Part shown: piece by piece, positions 1 through 11,630 of the stretch | Layout: each line of letters opens with the position of its first letter | How positions within the stretch are numbered: the stretch's first letter is position 1 | Assembly: GCA_964234715.1 (NCBI GenBank) | Contig: OZ174282.1 | Strand: one strand, 5' to 3' | Source: Podarcis melisellensis | Taxonomy: Eukaryota | Length of the DNA: 64,000 nucleotides | Notes under the pieces: model-generated | Database searches by the model: none | What the model was told of the DNA's origin: nothing | Seen by the model: only the letters and a program-made list of their open reading frames with translations | Translations under genes and position numbers: made by a program

Positions 1-2024
1 AATGACTGTTGCGTGATTGGTTCAACGGCACAAGACACATCATATGGGGGCTTCCGGTGAGGCAACATGACGGGCGCCACAGCAGCAAGCAACTCCTGAA
101 GCTACCAGGCTGGCTCTGGGCTGCTGAGACTTCCGCTGCCGCCGCCACTACCGAAGGGGAACCGGGGACGCCCGGTGCATCAACTGGGGGAGCCACTGAC
201 ACACACCCGCAACCCAAATTGAGCTGGGAGCGAGAGCGCTGGCCACCTAGCTGACTGCCCAGCGGCGTTCCGGAGCCAGGAAAAACCTGGAGCCAATGCA
301 AAAGGAAAGGGGAGAGGAGACGGAGAAGGAGGAGAGAGAAAGAAAGAAAGAAGAAGGAGAAAAAAGAAAGAAGCCCCGACTTCTTTCTGTTGTGCTGCTG
401 CTGCCACCGCTGAGAAGGAGAGGTAGGAGAGCACCGGGAGGGCAAGGACACATGGCCGGGGCCCAGAGGAAGGCCATGCGACAGAGGAGACCACAGAAGA
501 GAAGATATTACTTCTTCTTTTTTAATAACTTTTTTTCTCTCTTTTTTTTAAAAAAGTGTCCCCGGATTCATTGAAAAACATCTGGTAACCTTACTCTAGC
601 TAGCCTCAAAGCAACCTGTGACCCAGCAAAAGGAACTACAGTCAAAAGAGGATATTGTAGGAGCCTTGGACCCCAGCCAGCCAGAGGTTGTTCTCAGAAT
701 GACAGCCCCAGTATAACAACACCGAGACAGAGGACGGATGACACAACTGCTTTGCTGGAGTTTAAACCATGAGATTATCACCCCTGAATCTCAATCATAC
801 AAAGAGGCATTGAGGCAGCCAGATGAGTCACACACTCACACATGAAGAAACAAGATGAGAAAGATTACGGAAAGTGGGTCATGCTGAGGACTCTCCTCCA
901 CTCACCCACCATCATCCGAAACCCAATCTGAGTGGATGGAAATATTCCTGTCGTTAAAATGCATTGAGAAGAGAGCACATTGGAAAACTTGTTCCAGCTG
1001 TTACAGCATGCTGGTCTTCAAGTAGTGAGTTATGGCCACAAGTGGGCCACAGACTCCTCGAAGGTGGGCCATACCAAGACACCACAACAACTGATATTTT
1101 TAAGGAGATGTGGAAAGGCTGGGAGAAAAACAAGGTAAGCCTACTTGTCATATTTATACCAGCTGTATACAGACTCAACAGCCTTGGTTTCCTCAAAAGA
1201 CATTGGGAAAGTACTTTGGTGTGGTTGCAATGAGTTTGCTGTTAGAAATCTCTACCCCTCTTTCCCCACCACACATAAACCAACCACCATGGTTCTGTCT
1301 GGAGAAGGAACAGCTGTTAAAGTGCCTGGCTGCGGTGTAGATAATATGGGCTGAAAAGGTAATAGGGAGAAGGATGGCCAAACTTGTCCCTCCAGCTGTT
1401 TTGGGACTACAATTCCCATCATCCTTGACCACTGGTCCTGTTAGCTAGGGATGATGGGAGTTGTAGTCCCAAAGAAGCTGGAGGGCCAAGTTTGGCCATC
1501 ACTGGATTAAGAACATAAGGAGAGCCTGCTGGATCAAGCCATGGCCTTCTAAACTGTGTGTGCAGAAAGGGCTATCGTTTTGTTTGTTATCAGGTCATCA
1601 TGTCCTTTTGTGTTTTTATATGATAAACCACCCTGTGATTCTCGGATGAAGGGCAGTATATAAATTTAGTAAATAAAAGAACTAAGCCAATGGCCCATCT
1701 AGTCTGGCATCCTGTTCTCACAGTTGCCAACCAGATGCCTGTGGGAAACCTGTGGGCAGGATTCCGGCACAAGAGCACCCTCCCCTCCTGTCGTTTCCAG
1801 CAACTGGTATTCAGGAGCATTATTGCCTGCAACTGCAGAGGGACAGCATTGCTATCACAGCAAGCAGCCATTGATTAATGTGAAAAGAGGGACATGCATG
1901 TTTTTAAAAAAGCTAAACTGGGTTCCACATTATATGATAGCGTTAAAGGTGGACCTCATGTCTGAAAAAGACAGAGACTTATGGCCCCAGCATATGATGA
2001 TGGGCAGCAAGGTGTGAAATCCTT

Positions 2025-2026
2025 GA

Positions 2027-2098
<72 letters not shown>

Positions 2099-2099
2099 A
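2025..2099 (+). repeat. (GAAA)n microsatellite
   Basis: About 18 perfect units. Confidence 0.98.
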
Positions 2100-4401
2100 T
2101 TATCATAGTGTTCCACAGCACAGACTTTTGTGTGCGTGTGCGTGTTGAAAATGTAATTAAAACTGGAAGATCTGTGTAATTAAACAATAGGGGTAAAACT
2201 GGGTCTGTCCCGCAGGTGCTAAGCATTGCTCAGCAATTATTCTTTTTTCTCAGAAAGCCTCCTTCATCTGGGCAGAAACTGTCTGTGCTGTCCCTGGGTG
2301 CGCTGGCTTGATTTAACTTTCTTTTTTCTGGGTACGCACAGTCCCCTGCTCTCTGGCAGAGAGAAGCTGTGGGCTGAAGAGAGGCCAAAAACTGGGGCCA
2401 TTCTCAAGGGCCTGTCTGAGAAAGAAATGGAGAGGGTTGGCTATGATTCTCCCCCCCCCCAAAAAAGAGAGAGACATTCTCAGCCTTCTTCTAAGATACG
2501 TGATGCTGCTCTCCATTCTAGGCAAGCACTAGTCTGCTCCTTGAGATGGAAAAACATGTTAGATCCCAGATTCCAAGATCACATTGGCAGGGGCAGGAAG
2601 CAAAAATGGCAAATTGCTTAGGCACAGGTGTCTCATTTTAGGCACCTGGGCAAAAGGGCACCTGGGATTTTTCCAGCTTTGGACATTCTGCCTTCTCTCA
2701 AATCTCTGACACAAGGAAATTTGAATTCCAGGCATCCTGAAACACATTGTTCTAGGAAGGAAGCCCCATACCTGTGCAAATATACTAGCCATGACTTTTT
2801 TTTAAGAGGGGAAGGTGATGACTGGTATTTGCTCTGGATTGTACTTACTTCAATTAGTATGTATCATGAGAACCTTGCACAGCACAGGAAATGTAACACC
2901 AACTTCGGTAGGTTCTTTATAATGAACCTACTGAAGGAAGCCATGCTGTGAGATGGGGACCTATCCAAAGCCTCCCCCTGAACCTTATGGCCAAGTTAGG
3001 ATTTGAACCAACACACAGTACACTAAAAGAACACAAGAAGAGCCCTGCAGCTGGATCAGGCCAAAGGAGGTCCATCTAGGCCAGCATCCTGTTCTCACAG
3101 TGACCAACCAGATGCCCCAATAGGAAGCCCCCAAGTAGGACCTGTGTGAAACAGCAGCACTCTCCCCACTTGGGATTCCCAGAAACTGGTATTATTCTGA
3201 GGCACAGTACCCCCAGCAGTGGTGGTGGAACACAGACATTGTGGCCAAGTGCCATAGTTAGGCTTACCTTCATTACTTGTACCTACTGTTATTGATGCTT
3301 TCTTCTGTACTTTACAGTAAACAGAGAACATTGTGTGGGACAAAAGAATGTATTGTGTCGCATGGACTGTTGTGGTATGAACAGGGAAACTGGAAACGAC
3401 CCTGGTGTCTTTAACACAGCAGGCCTAAAATGCTGGCCTATAGCATAGAGTCCTACAACATCTGGAGGGTCAGCTTCTTCCCCCTCCTGTCTTAAGGACA
3501 GATGAAAGTGCATGGGAACTATACACATTCTGGACCCCACATGTCTCTCTTAAACATCTTGCCTTGGATTTCAGGCAGACAGAGGCAGATCCACAAGTTG
3601 AGGTTCTACTCCCCTCTTCCTCCCCAGCCCCATTTTCCTTGCTCCCATCAACCTCATCTTGATCTGTTGAGAAAGACACTTCCGACCTCGGGAGGAGGTG
3701 GTGTTGCGGGCTTCACGCCCCCAACAAGCGCGCAGAGGCTGGCTTCCAGCCCCAGTGCGATCTGGGGAATCCTCGGGCCGCGTCATCCCCTGGCCAGCCA
3801 ATCAGCTGGCTCAGGGGGTGTGGCTTGCCTCATTTAAGGAAAGCGCAGCCCGGGATCTCCCTCTTTGGTCCGCTCAGCTGCTGCGGTTCCTTGCTCCCAT
3901 CAACCTCATCTTGATCTGTGGAGAACATTTATCAGATTCACACACTGCCCGTTTCCTGTTTTGTTCTCCCTCCAGTTGAAATCTTTGCTTCCCTTCTCCT
4001 GACTCACGGCTAAAAAACAACCCTTGTGTGTTCTGAGCATCAAACAGACAGACCAACCAAGCCCTCGACATGTCATTCAGATTACAGTGCGGAAGCAGCA
4101 TCAAAATAGCAATATAAGTTTTGATTAGGAAGAATGAGCCAGGCCTTCACCCAGGACTGCTCCGTTCAGGGCCCAAGTTCACAGCAGTTCTGCCCTCTAT
4201 CTTACAGACCAAACTTGTTGTTCTGGCCTTGTTATTCCACCTCGTGGTACCATCCATAACAAAGAGATGCCAATGTCCCACCACAGCCCAGTGGTGGAAG
4301 TCCCCCACACAATCATCCCACCTTCCCTTTAGAAAGTGGAACCACAGATATACGCAGGACACCCTCCTGCCGCTCCTCTGACAAGCCTGCAGCAGCCTTA
4401 C

Positions 4402-5179
4402 CTGGAAGCCGCAATCTCCGCTTTTTGTTTGGCGATGGTGGCTGCCCGTTCGGCTGCCTCGACGGCTCGGTCCACCTTCTCGCGGATCTTGCTGGCCCTC
4501 AGCGGGATGAGGTTCTTCCGCTTGCCGCTCACCAGGATGTTCTGCTTGTACTTCCCCTCCTCCTTGGTGCCGTCCGGGAAGGTCATGCAGCCGTAGCCGT
4601 GGCGCTTGTTGTTGGCCCACTCGCCTTCGTACTTGAGCCCGTCGGAGCGCTGGCTGACCCCGAAGCCCGACCGCTTGTCGTTCTTCCACTCGCCCACATA
4701 GATCTCGGTGGTGGTGGCGTCGATGTCGTCTTCGATGACGGAGAGCTCGGCCTCCCCTTCACCCAGGCTGATGGTGGAGTTGATGTCGCTGGCCGTGGAG
4801 CTGACCGTGCTCATGCCCGCCTCGCTGCGGAAAGAGCTCTGCTTGCTCCTCTGGCTGGCCAAGGAACTCTTGGATTCGGACTTGCGCAGCTTGAGCCCGC
4901 TCAGGAGGGAGCGTCGGAAGATGCCCTTTTTCTTGCTCTTGAGGATCTCGGCGTCGCTGTGAGCCATCAGGACGAAGCCGCCCCGGGAGACGGCAGGGCT
5001 TCCGGCCAGGGCAGGCGAAGAATCTGGGTGCAGCGCTGTGCCATTGGTGTGTTCGCTGCGCAGAGAATTGATGGAGGTCCTTAGTGGGGATCGGATAACC
5101 GCAGCCATGCCGTACGGTACGCTCTGCCGGACGCCGTATCCCTGGCGCATCCCTCCAAGCCACTGGCCTTGGTATGTCC
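4402..5179 (-). CDS. JPH3: Junctophilin-3, coding exon 2 (linker, last two MORN repeats, start of helical region)
   Basis: Acceptor TTTACTCACAG|GG completes the phase-1 Gly from exon 1 (GTYQGQW...[14 protein letters not shown]...[14 protein letters not shown]...[11 protein letters not shown]). Donor CAG|GTAAGG; 778 nt. Confidence 0.96.
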
Positions 5180-5351
5180 CTGTGAGTAAAGAGGCGGGAA
5201 AGGGAAAGGGGGTGGGTTAGCAGGCTGGTGGTAGCAGCACCCTCTGAGCAACACAGTCCCTTCCAAGTGGAAGCTCCTTGCACTCACAGGACTGCAAGTC
5301 ATAGAATCACAGCATTGTAGAGTTGGAAGGGACCCTGAGGATCATCTAGTC

Positions 5352-5816
5352 CAGTGGTTCCCAACCTTCTTTTGGCCATGCCGCACCTAAGCATCTCTAA
5401 AAGCCTGATGCCCCCTCCCCCATGACATATAATTCTTATTACAGTGGTACCTCGGGATGCGAAAGGAATCCATTCCGGAGCCCCGTTCGCATCCTGAACA
5501 GAACGTAAGATGCGACAGCACATCTGTGCGTGCGCAGGTCACGTTTTGGCGCTTCAGCGCATGTGCGTGACGTCATTTTTACCATCTGCACATGCACAAG
5601 CGGCGAAACCCGGAGATAACACGCTCCATTACTTCCGGGTCATCGCAGAGCGCAACCCGAAAATACTTATCCTGAAGCGTATTTATCTCAAGGTATGACT
5701 GTATTCAAAAAGTGAACTCCTGTTTAGGAAGCCTAAAAGGCCATTCACTGTTAATAACTCATTCTTGAATTGCCCTCCTTAAAAAGGAGGCTTGTGCCTT
5801 ATGTTGGGAACCACAG
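5352..5816. mobile_element. Non-autonomous hAT (Charlie-like) element
   Basis: TIRs CAGTGGTTCCCAAC / GTTGGGAACCACAG; exact 8-bp TSD ATCTAGTC (5344-5351, 5817-5824). Confidence 0.88.
5442..5701. mobile_element. Tc1/mariner (Tigger-type) MITE nested in the hAT element
   Basis: Ends CAGTGGTACCTCG / CAAGGTATGACTG, flanked by TA on both sides; CpG-rich, roughly palindromic interior. Confidence 0.8.
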
Positions 5817-6911
5817 ATCTAGTCCCATTCTCCACAATGCAGGAATATGCAGTTGTCCCAAACGGGGATTGAACCTGCAACTTTGGTATTATCAGCACCA
5901 CACTCTAACCAACTGAGCTATCCAGGCCCTGTGAAAACTTTGGGAAATTCTACAAACATCTGAACTTGTCACATTTTGAAAAGTGACAGGATGGAATTGC
6001 AATTGCAATGAAGCATTTCCCACTGGCAAAAAGAAACTTAGATTTCTTTCTTTTTGGGGGGGGGGGAGGTGTTATTTCCAACAGGCAAAGGCCAAATTAT
6101 TTGTCAGCACAATGCTGCATGAAGGCCTTTGCAGGAGCAGAGGGTGGGGAGACTGTCCTGCACAATCTCTCTGGCTGAAAGGCAGAAGCACTGCAGAGCA
6201 GTTCTGCATCAGTCCAGAAGAGGTCAGTGGAATGTATTACATAGCATCTGCTAACATTAAAGGGAACCTTTTTTAAAAAAAAGTTATTTATTACATTGTT
6301 CTTCAATCTTGGCTCCCCAGACGTTATTGGACTACAACTCCCATCATCCCTGACCATTAGGAAGGCTGGCTGGGGTTGATGGGAGTTGTAATCCAACAAC
6401 GTCTGGGGACCCAAGACTGAAGAACACTGATTTAATACATTTATACACCACCCTCCCTACAGCGACCTCAGAGTGGTTTTCATAGGTTTCTTGGGTGGTC
6501 TTTCATCCAATATAAGAAGAGCCTGTTGGATGAAGCCCATCTAATCCAGCATCATAGTGGCCAAGCAGATGCCTGTGGGAAGCCTGCAAGATGGACACGA
6601 ACACAGCAGAACTCTGTCTACTTGCAATTCCCAGCAACTGGTATTAAGAGGCATAATCAGGGTCAGACCCCTTCAAGTTACATATGTTCAACCTGCTCTA
6701 GTGATGGAATAAGAGGTTCCTAATACTATGTCCAGCCAATAATTAGTTCCCTTTCTGTTCCGGCTGTTGAAAAAGCATGCGGAAGCTGACAGACTCCTGC
6801 CGTAGGAAAACCATTACTCCAAAGCATGCCCAGAAGGACTGGGGCAAATGAGTTTGCTATGGACCTACTATGATCCCTTGTCTTAAATGACTCTGCCCTT
6901 TCTCCCATTCT

Positions 6912-7516
6912 TTTTTATTTATTTTGCATTTCTGATACATTTCAACACAAGAAAAATACTAAACAACTACCCCCAAAAGTAATAGGAAACAGGCAAAAGA
7001 AAATTGCATATTACATATTCTAGTACATTTAAAAACAAAACAAAACAGGCATTGACTGACTTCCCTTCCTCTCCTTCCATGGTTCCTTTTATCTTCCACT
7101 TCCTCTCATGTTTTATTCGTTTCCCCAATCTTTCTCTGCTCCTCCCGTCAATTCTAGTTCTAACTTATGTTGTTGAAAATATTACTATCCTGCTAGGCTA
7201 ATTGTCTGCTTATAATAATTTTTCATATAATCAATAAATAATACCCAGTCCTCCTTATATCCTTTTTCATTTTGGTTTCTTATTCTAGTGATCATGCCAG
7301 CTAACATATTCTAACAATTTGAGATGCCACTCTTCTTTCATTGGTACCTTATCTATTTTCCATTTTTGTGCTAATAACACACATGCAGCAGTTGCCACAT
7401 ACAGGAACAAATTTCTCTGGTTGTTGGGGTTTTTTGGGAACTTCCGTTATGATTATCCTTGACAAAAAAGATTCTGCGGTTGTGGGAAATGTTCTTTTGA
7501 ACATTTTTCTAAAGTT
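6912..7516 (-). mobile_element. 5'-truncated LINE (L1-clade-like) 3' end
   Basis: 18-bp TSD TGCCCTTTCTCCCATTCT (6894-6911, 7517-7534); T-rich tail at the left end; AT-rich body resembling the other L1 fragments. Confidence 0.75.
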
Positions 7517-7752
7517 TGCCCTTTCTCCCATTCTGTCCCTTGTGCCTGGACACTCTTCTCTTTCTCTAAAATGGCCTATCTAGTCCAGCATCCTAATCTC
7601 ACAGTGGCCAACCAGATGCATGTGGGAAACCCACAAGCAGGATTTGAGCACAGGAGCCCTCTTGGTTTCTAGCAACTGGTTTTCACAAGTGTTACTGCCT
7701 CCATCCCTGAAGGCAGAGCATAGCCATCATAGCTATCAACCATCAATAGCCC

Positions 7753-8025
7753 CAGTGGTGTAGCTAGCCGCTCGGGTGCCTGATGAAGGGGCGTGTCCAG
7801 CAGCCAGGGCGGGGCAATCCACCCATGGGGCGGGGCAAGCTGCCTATGAGGGCGAGGTACACCTCTCCAATGCTTGGGGCCTCTCCGCCACCTCCCCCTC
7901 AGCTGTAGGCAGTAGGCAGAGGCAAGTCCCACACTGCTGTTTCAGGCAGCGTGGAACCTGCAGGCACCACATCACTCCTAATAAGTTTGGTGAGCCCATT
8001 TTTATTTTATTTTTAACTCATTTTG

Positions 8026-8072
<47 letters not shown>

Positions 8073-8125
8073 ATGATGACACCAGGGGCAAACCACATCC
8101 CCCACACCTGCTTCCTCCGTCACTG
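7753..8125. mobile_element. hAT (Tip100-like) MITE containing (AC)n
   Basis: Ends CAGTGGTGTAG / CTCCGTCACTG; exact 8-bp TSD AATAGCCC (7745-7752, 8126-8133). Confidence 0.8.
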
Positions 8126-8172
8126 AATAGCCCTCCCCTCTATGAATTTGTCTAATCCTATTTCAAAGCCGT

Positions 8173-8530
8173 GAGACGTGGGTGGCACTGTGGGTTAAAC
8201 CACAGAGCCTAGGGCTTGCCAATCAGAAGGTTGGCGGTTCGAATCCCCACAACGGGGTGAGCTCCCGTTGCTCGGTCCCTGCTCCTGCCAACCTAGCAAA
8301 CCTAGCAGTTCGAAAGCACAAAGTACAAGGAGATAAATAGGTGCCGCTCTAGCGGGAAGGTAGACAGCATTTCCATGCACTTCTCTGGTTCGCCAGAAGC
8401 AGCTTAGTCATGCTGGCCACGTGATCCAGAAGCTGTACGCCTGCTCCCTCCGCCAATAAAGCGAGATGAGCACCGCAATCCCAGAGTTGCTCACAACTGG
8501 ACCTAATGGTCAGGGGTCCCTTTACCTTTA
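8173..8530 (+). mobile_element. Sauria SINE
   Basis: tRNA-like head GGGTGGCACTGTGGGTTAAACCACAGAGCC...GGTTCGAATCCC; tail GGGGTCCCTTTACCTTTA; TSD CTATTTCAAAG. Confidence 0.9.
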
Positions 8531-9455
8531 CTATTTCAAAGTCATTTAAGTTGGTGACCATCACTGCCTCCTGTGGGCAAATATTCAATGGAGTAACTAT
8601 GTGCTGCATGAAGCACATCACTACCCTTCCTACAAGGACCTCAGAGCGGCTTGTATAGGTTTCTTTCACCTGTCCTGAATCTTCCAACATTCAGCTTCCT
8701 TGGATGTCCTCTAGGATTAGGAGAGAGGGAGAAACACCTTTCTCTATCCACTTTTTCCATGCATTGTATATTAACTTCGCTCTTGCCTTAAAGCCCAGAA
8801 ATCTTAGTACACACAAACCTACACCAGTGGTTCTCATCAGGCTGCAGGAGAGGGAGAGAAATTGGACCATTCCCATCGGATCTGCTGGAAGACCGGCAAC
8901 ATTTGTAACAAAGAAATACTGCCTGGCTTTTCTTTTCCCTTCCTCCCTCCCAATCCCTTTTCCTTTTGTATCGTGTATTTTAGACATGTAAGCCTGAAGG
9001 CAGGGACTGTCATATTGCTGACATCTGTAAGCTTCTCCGGGAGCCTCTTTTGGCCAAAGGGCAGGATAAGAATACTTTAAATCCCCAACCTGGTGTATTC
9101 CAGGCATTTGGAGCTGCAACACCCATTAGTCCTAAGGGTAGATGTTACAAATCTGCTATGCAGTTAACAATGGTTTTCAGGACAATCCCAACCCTGTATA
9201 ATCAGAAGAAAGTCACATTGAATTCAATGGGGCTTATTCACAGTGGAGTTAGGATTGCAGCATTGGACAACTTTAAAAGGAGATCAGGCAACTACATGGA
9301 GAACATTAGTAGGCCTGTCAATGACTATGAGTTCTGAGGCTGAAATGGAAACTCCATGCCCAGGAGTAAGTGTATCAAAATGCCAACACTGGGTGAAAAC
9401 AAGGGAGGGCTGTTGCTGTCATTGCCTTCTTGTGAGCTTCCTGAAAATATCAAGC

Positions 9456-9658
9456 TTCCATTGTGGTGTAATGGTTGAGAGTGTTGAACTAGGACCTGGG
9501 AGACCACAGCTCAAGCTCCTACTTAGCCATGAAACTCTCTGGGTGACCTTAGGGCAGTCACTGGGTCTCTCAGCCTCACCTACCTCACAGGGTTGCTGAG
9601 AGGAACGGATGAGGAGGTGGAGAATCATGTCTGCCACCTTGAACTCCTTGGAGGAAAG
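9456..9658 (+). mobile_element. Squam3/MIR-like tRNA-derived SINE
   Basis: TGTGGTGTAATGGTTGAGAGTG head and core GGGTGACCTTAGGGCAGTCA...CTCTCAGCCTCACCTACCTCACAGGGTTG. Confidence 0.7.
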
Positions 9659-11630
9659 TCTAGACCAGATGAACCTTTAATCTGATCCATAGGAGCTCTT
9701 CTTAAATTCCCTGCACACCAGAAAAAGTTGTCAGGTCTTTTTCCCAAGCAAGGCAGTTTGAATGGATGGGTAGCGGAAGCAAGTGAGCTCCAGGATCAGG
9801 TATAAATTCTCTGTGTGTATGTGGGAGGGAGGTAGATATGGCTCCAGGGCCTATTAAATATTACTGTGGGAGAATATGAAAATGCAGCCTCCATAGGTTC
9901 GTCACTGTCTCCCCCACCCGCCCCCAGCACACACATAAAGACAGAGAAGGGTGATGGAGAGAGAACGAGACAGATAGGATTAATGGAGGATTTATAGGAT
10001 TAGCGCTGGGAAGTAGGGAAAGATTAGGGATTAGGATAAGGACCAAAAGGAGGAGGGTGAGGACTCAGAGATGTGGCTCATGAGCGAGTTGGTTGTATCG
10101 CTGGGCCTTCGGAAAATATATTCCCACGGACCCACGGCGATGAGCCTGGGGAGTGACAGTTCAGAAGGGAGCCTCATCGCTTGGAAAAAGCAGAAGGAGT
10201 TCACACTGATGTGTCTTTCAGTAGGCAACCAATGAGGGGGAGCTTTACAAGGCATGTAGAAATTCAATAGGTGCAGCATGACAGGGAAAATGTGCACCTG
10301 TTGAATCTCCATCAAGCAGCAGTTAAAAGCACACAGGAAAGAGAGAGAGAGATGTTTGGTGAGGGGTTTTTTTTATAATGCCAACTGCACTGCAGACACG
10401 GAGAAAGCAACCCATATGGCTTTCGAAAACAGTGGGACATTTTGCTGAACTGGGAAGAGATTGAGTGAGTGCAGCCACATAACTTGGGCACTTTAGTATT
10501 GAACACCTTTGTGACAGAGGCTACACAGCTGATATTGCCACCATTATTCATGCTCTAGTGACCTCCAGTTTAGACTCCCGTGTATGGGGATGCTTTTGGG
10601 GAAAATGTAGAAAATTGGATTACTACAACAATGACAACACCAGAATGCTGATGGGAGATGGGTGTTGTTGTTGTTGTTTAAAAAACCATGCTGAGTTCTT
10701 CTTATGAATAACTATTTCTGTTCTATTGCCACTGAAATAATGATGGGGGAGAGACCACTTTCAAAGACTGCATCCGTTGTTCTGGGGCGGTCAGTTTAGT
10801 TGCTGTCCAGGGTTGCATTCCTTCGATGGTTATCTGTGGGGTGGGGGGCAGATGCCAGTGGTGAAAGGAGCCAGATAAAAGAGTGTTTGGGACTGACTAA
10901 CCTGGAATAAAGATCACCTTGCATCACTTCTCATCCTGGCGACCTCACATTAAAATTCCCAAACCTATGCAGGCTTGATAAGAAGTGAGCCCCACTGCTT
11001 TTTTAAAGAAGTTGTTCTCAAAAGAAGTATATGGAAGATTGATTTATTTAGTACAACAGAGCTACTGTTCTAGAAAGCAAGTGAAAGTAATTCCTTTCTG
11101 ACTTTAGTGTGCTATACATGGCAGAAACCTATCAGTTTCTTCTCAGACAGCTTTTGTCCAAGACAACTAGCAAAAGGTTTTTTTAAAAAAGTTTACTTTC
11201 TTTAAATAAAATACTGCCCCTTCTAATTGTTCTTAAAAACACAGAAGGAGGTGGAGAGGATTACACGTTAAAAATCCATGGTAAATAAAGGGGAAATGAG
11301 GAGGAGGCTAGGAACTCTGTTGGGATGGAAGAATAGAGCAGAGAACAGGAGGTGTTGGGGGAGGCTGAATAACATGAGGCTGGTGTGTTGCTCACTTGCG
11401 CTCTATCCTATACCCAAATACAAATAATCATAGGAGGCGGGCTGCATGTTCTCTGTTCTCTGGCTCTGGAATAGGGCAGTGCAGGGGGAATAGCTCTGCT
11501 TCAGTCCACACTCATATGGCAGTGCAGAAATGGAAGGAAGAAAATATGAAGGAAGCTTCTGGTGCTGGAAAACAAAGGAGCCTTGAAAACACTCGTTGCT
11601 TCACAGAGGTGAGGGTGCCTAGACAGCATA

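Larger units (their letters stand above)
5319..5926 (-). mobile_element. tRNA-Ile-derived SINE with CR1-type 3' tail, split by a hAT MITE
   Basis: Reverse strand GCCTGGATAGCTCAGTTGGTTAGAGTGTGGTGCTGATAATACCAAAGTTGCAGGTTCAATCCCC is tRNA-Ile-like with A/B boxes. The tail GGACTAGATGATCCTCAGGGTCCCTTCCAACTCTACAAT...GATTCTATG resumes below 5352. Confidence 0.8.
7570..8775 (-). mobile_element. CR1 LINE 3' fragment interrupted by later insertions
   Basis: Shares CTAGTCCAGCATCCT...CTCACAGTGGCCAACCAGATGC with other copies in the window and continues past two nested inserts to TTCTCTATCCACTTT...CATGCAT. Confidence 0.65.

Noticed and set aside
2200-2225. REST/RE1-like half-sites CTGTCC-cgca-GGTGCT
   Set aside because: Non-canonical spacer and flank mismatches; I saw no full RE1 near JPH3.
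4425-5084. 219-aa plus-strand ORF antisense to JPH3 exon 2, and overlapping 174-180-aa ORFs
   Set aside because: Shadow frames of a GC-rich coding exon; no independent homology or gene structure.
5850-5926. Functional tRNA-Ile gene
   Set aside because: Poor acceptor stem, and it continues directly into a SINE body and CR1-like tail.
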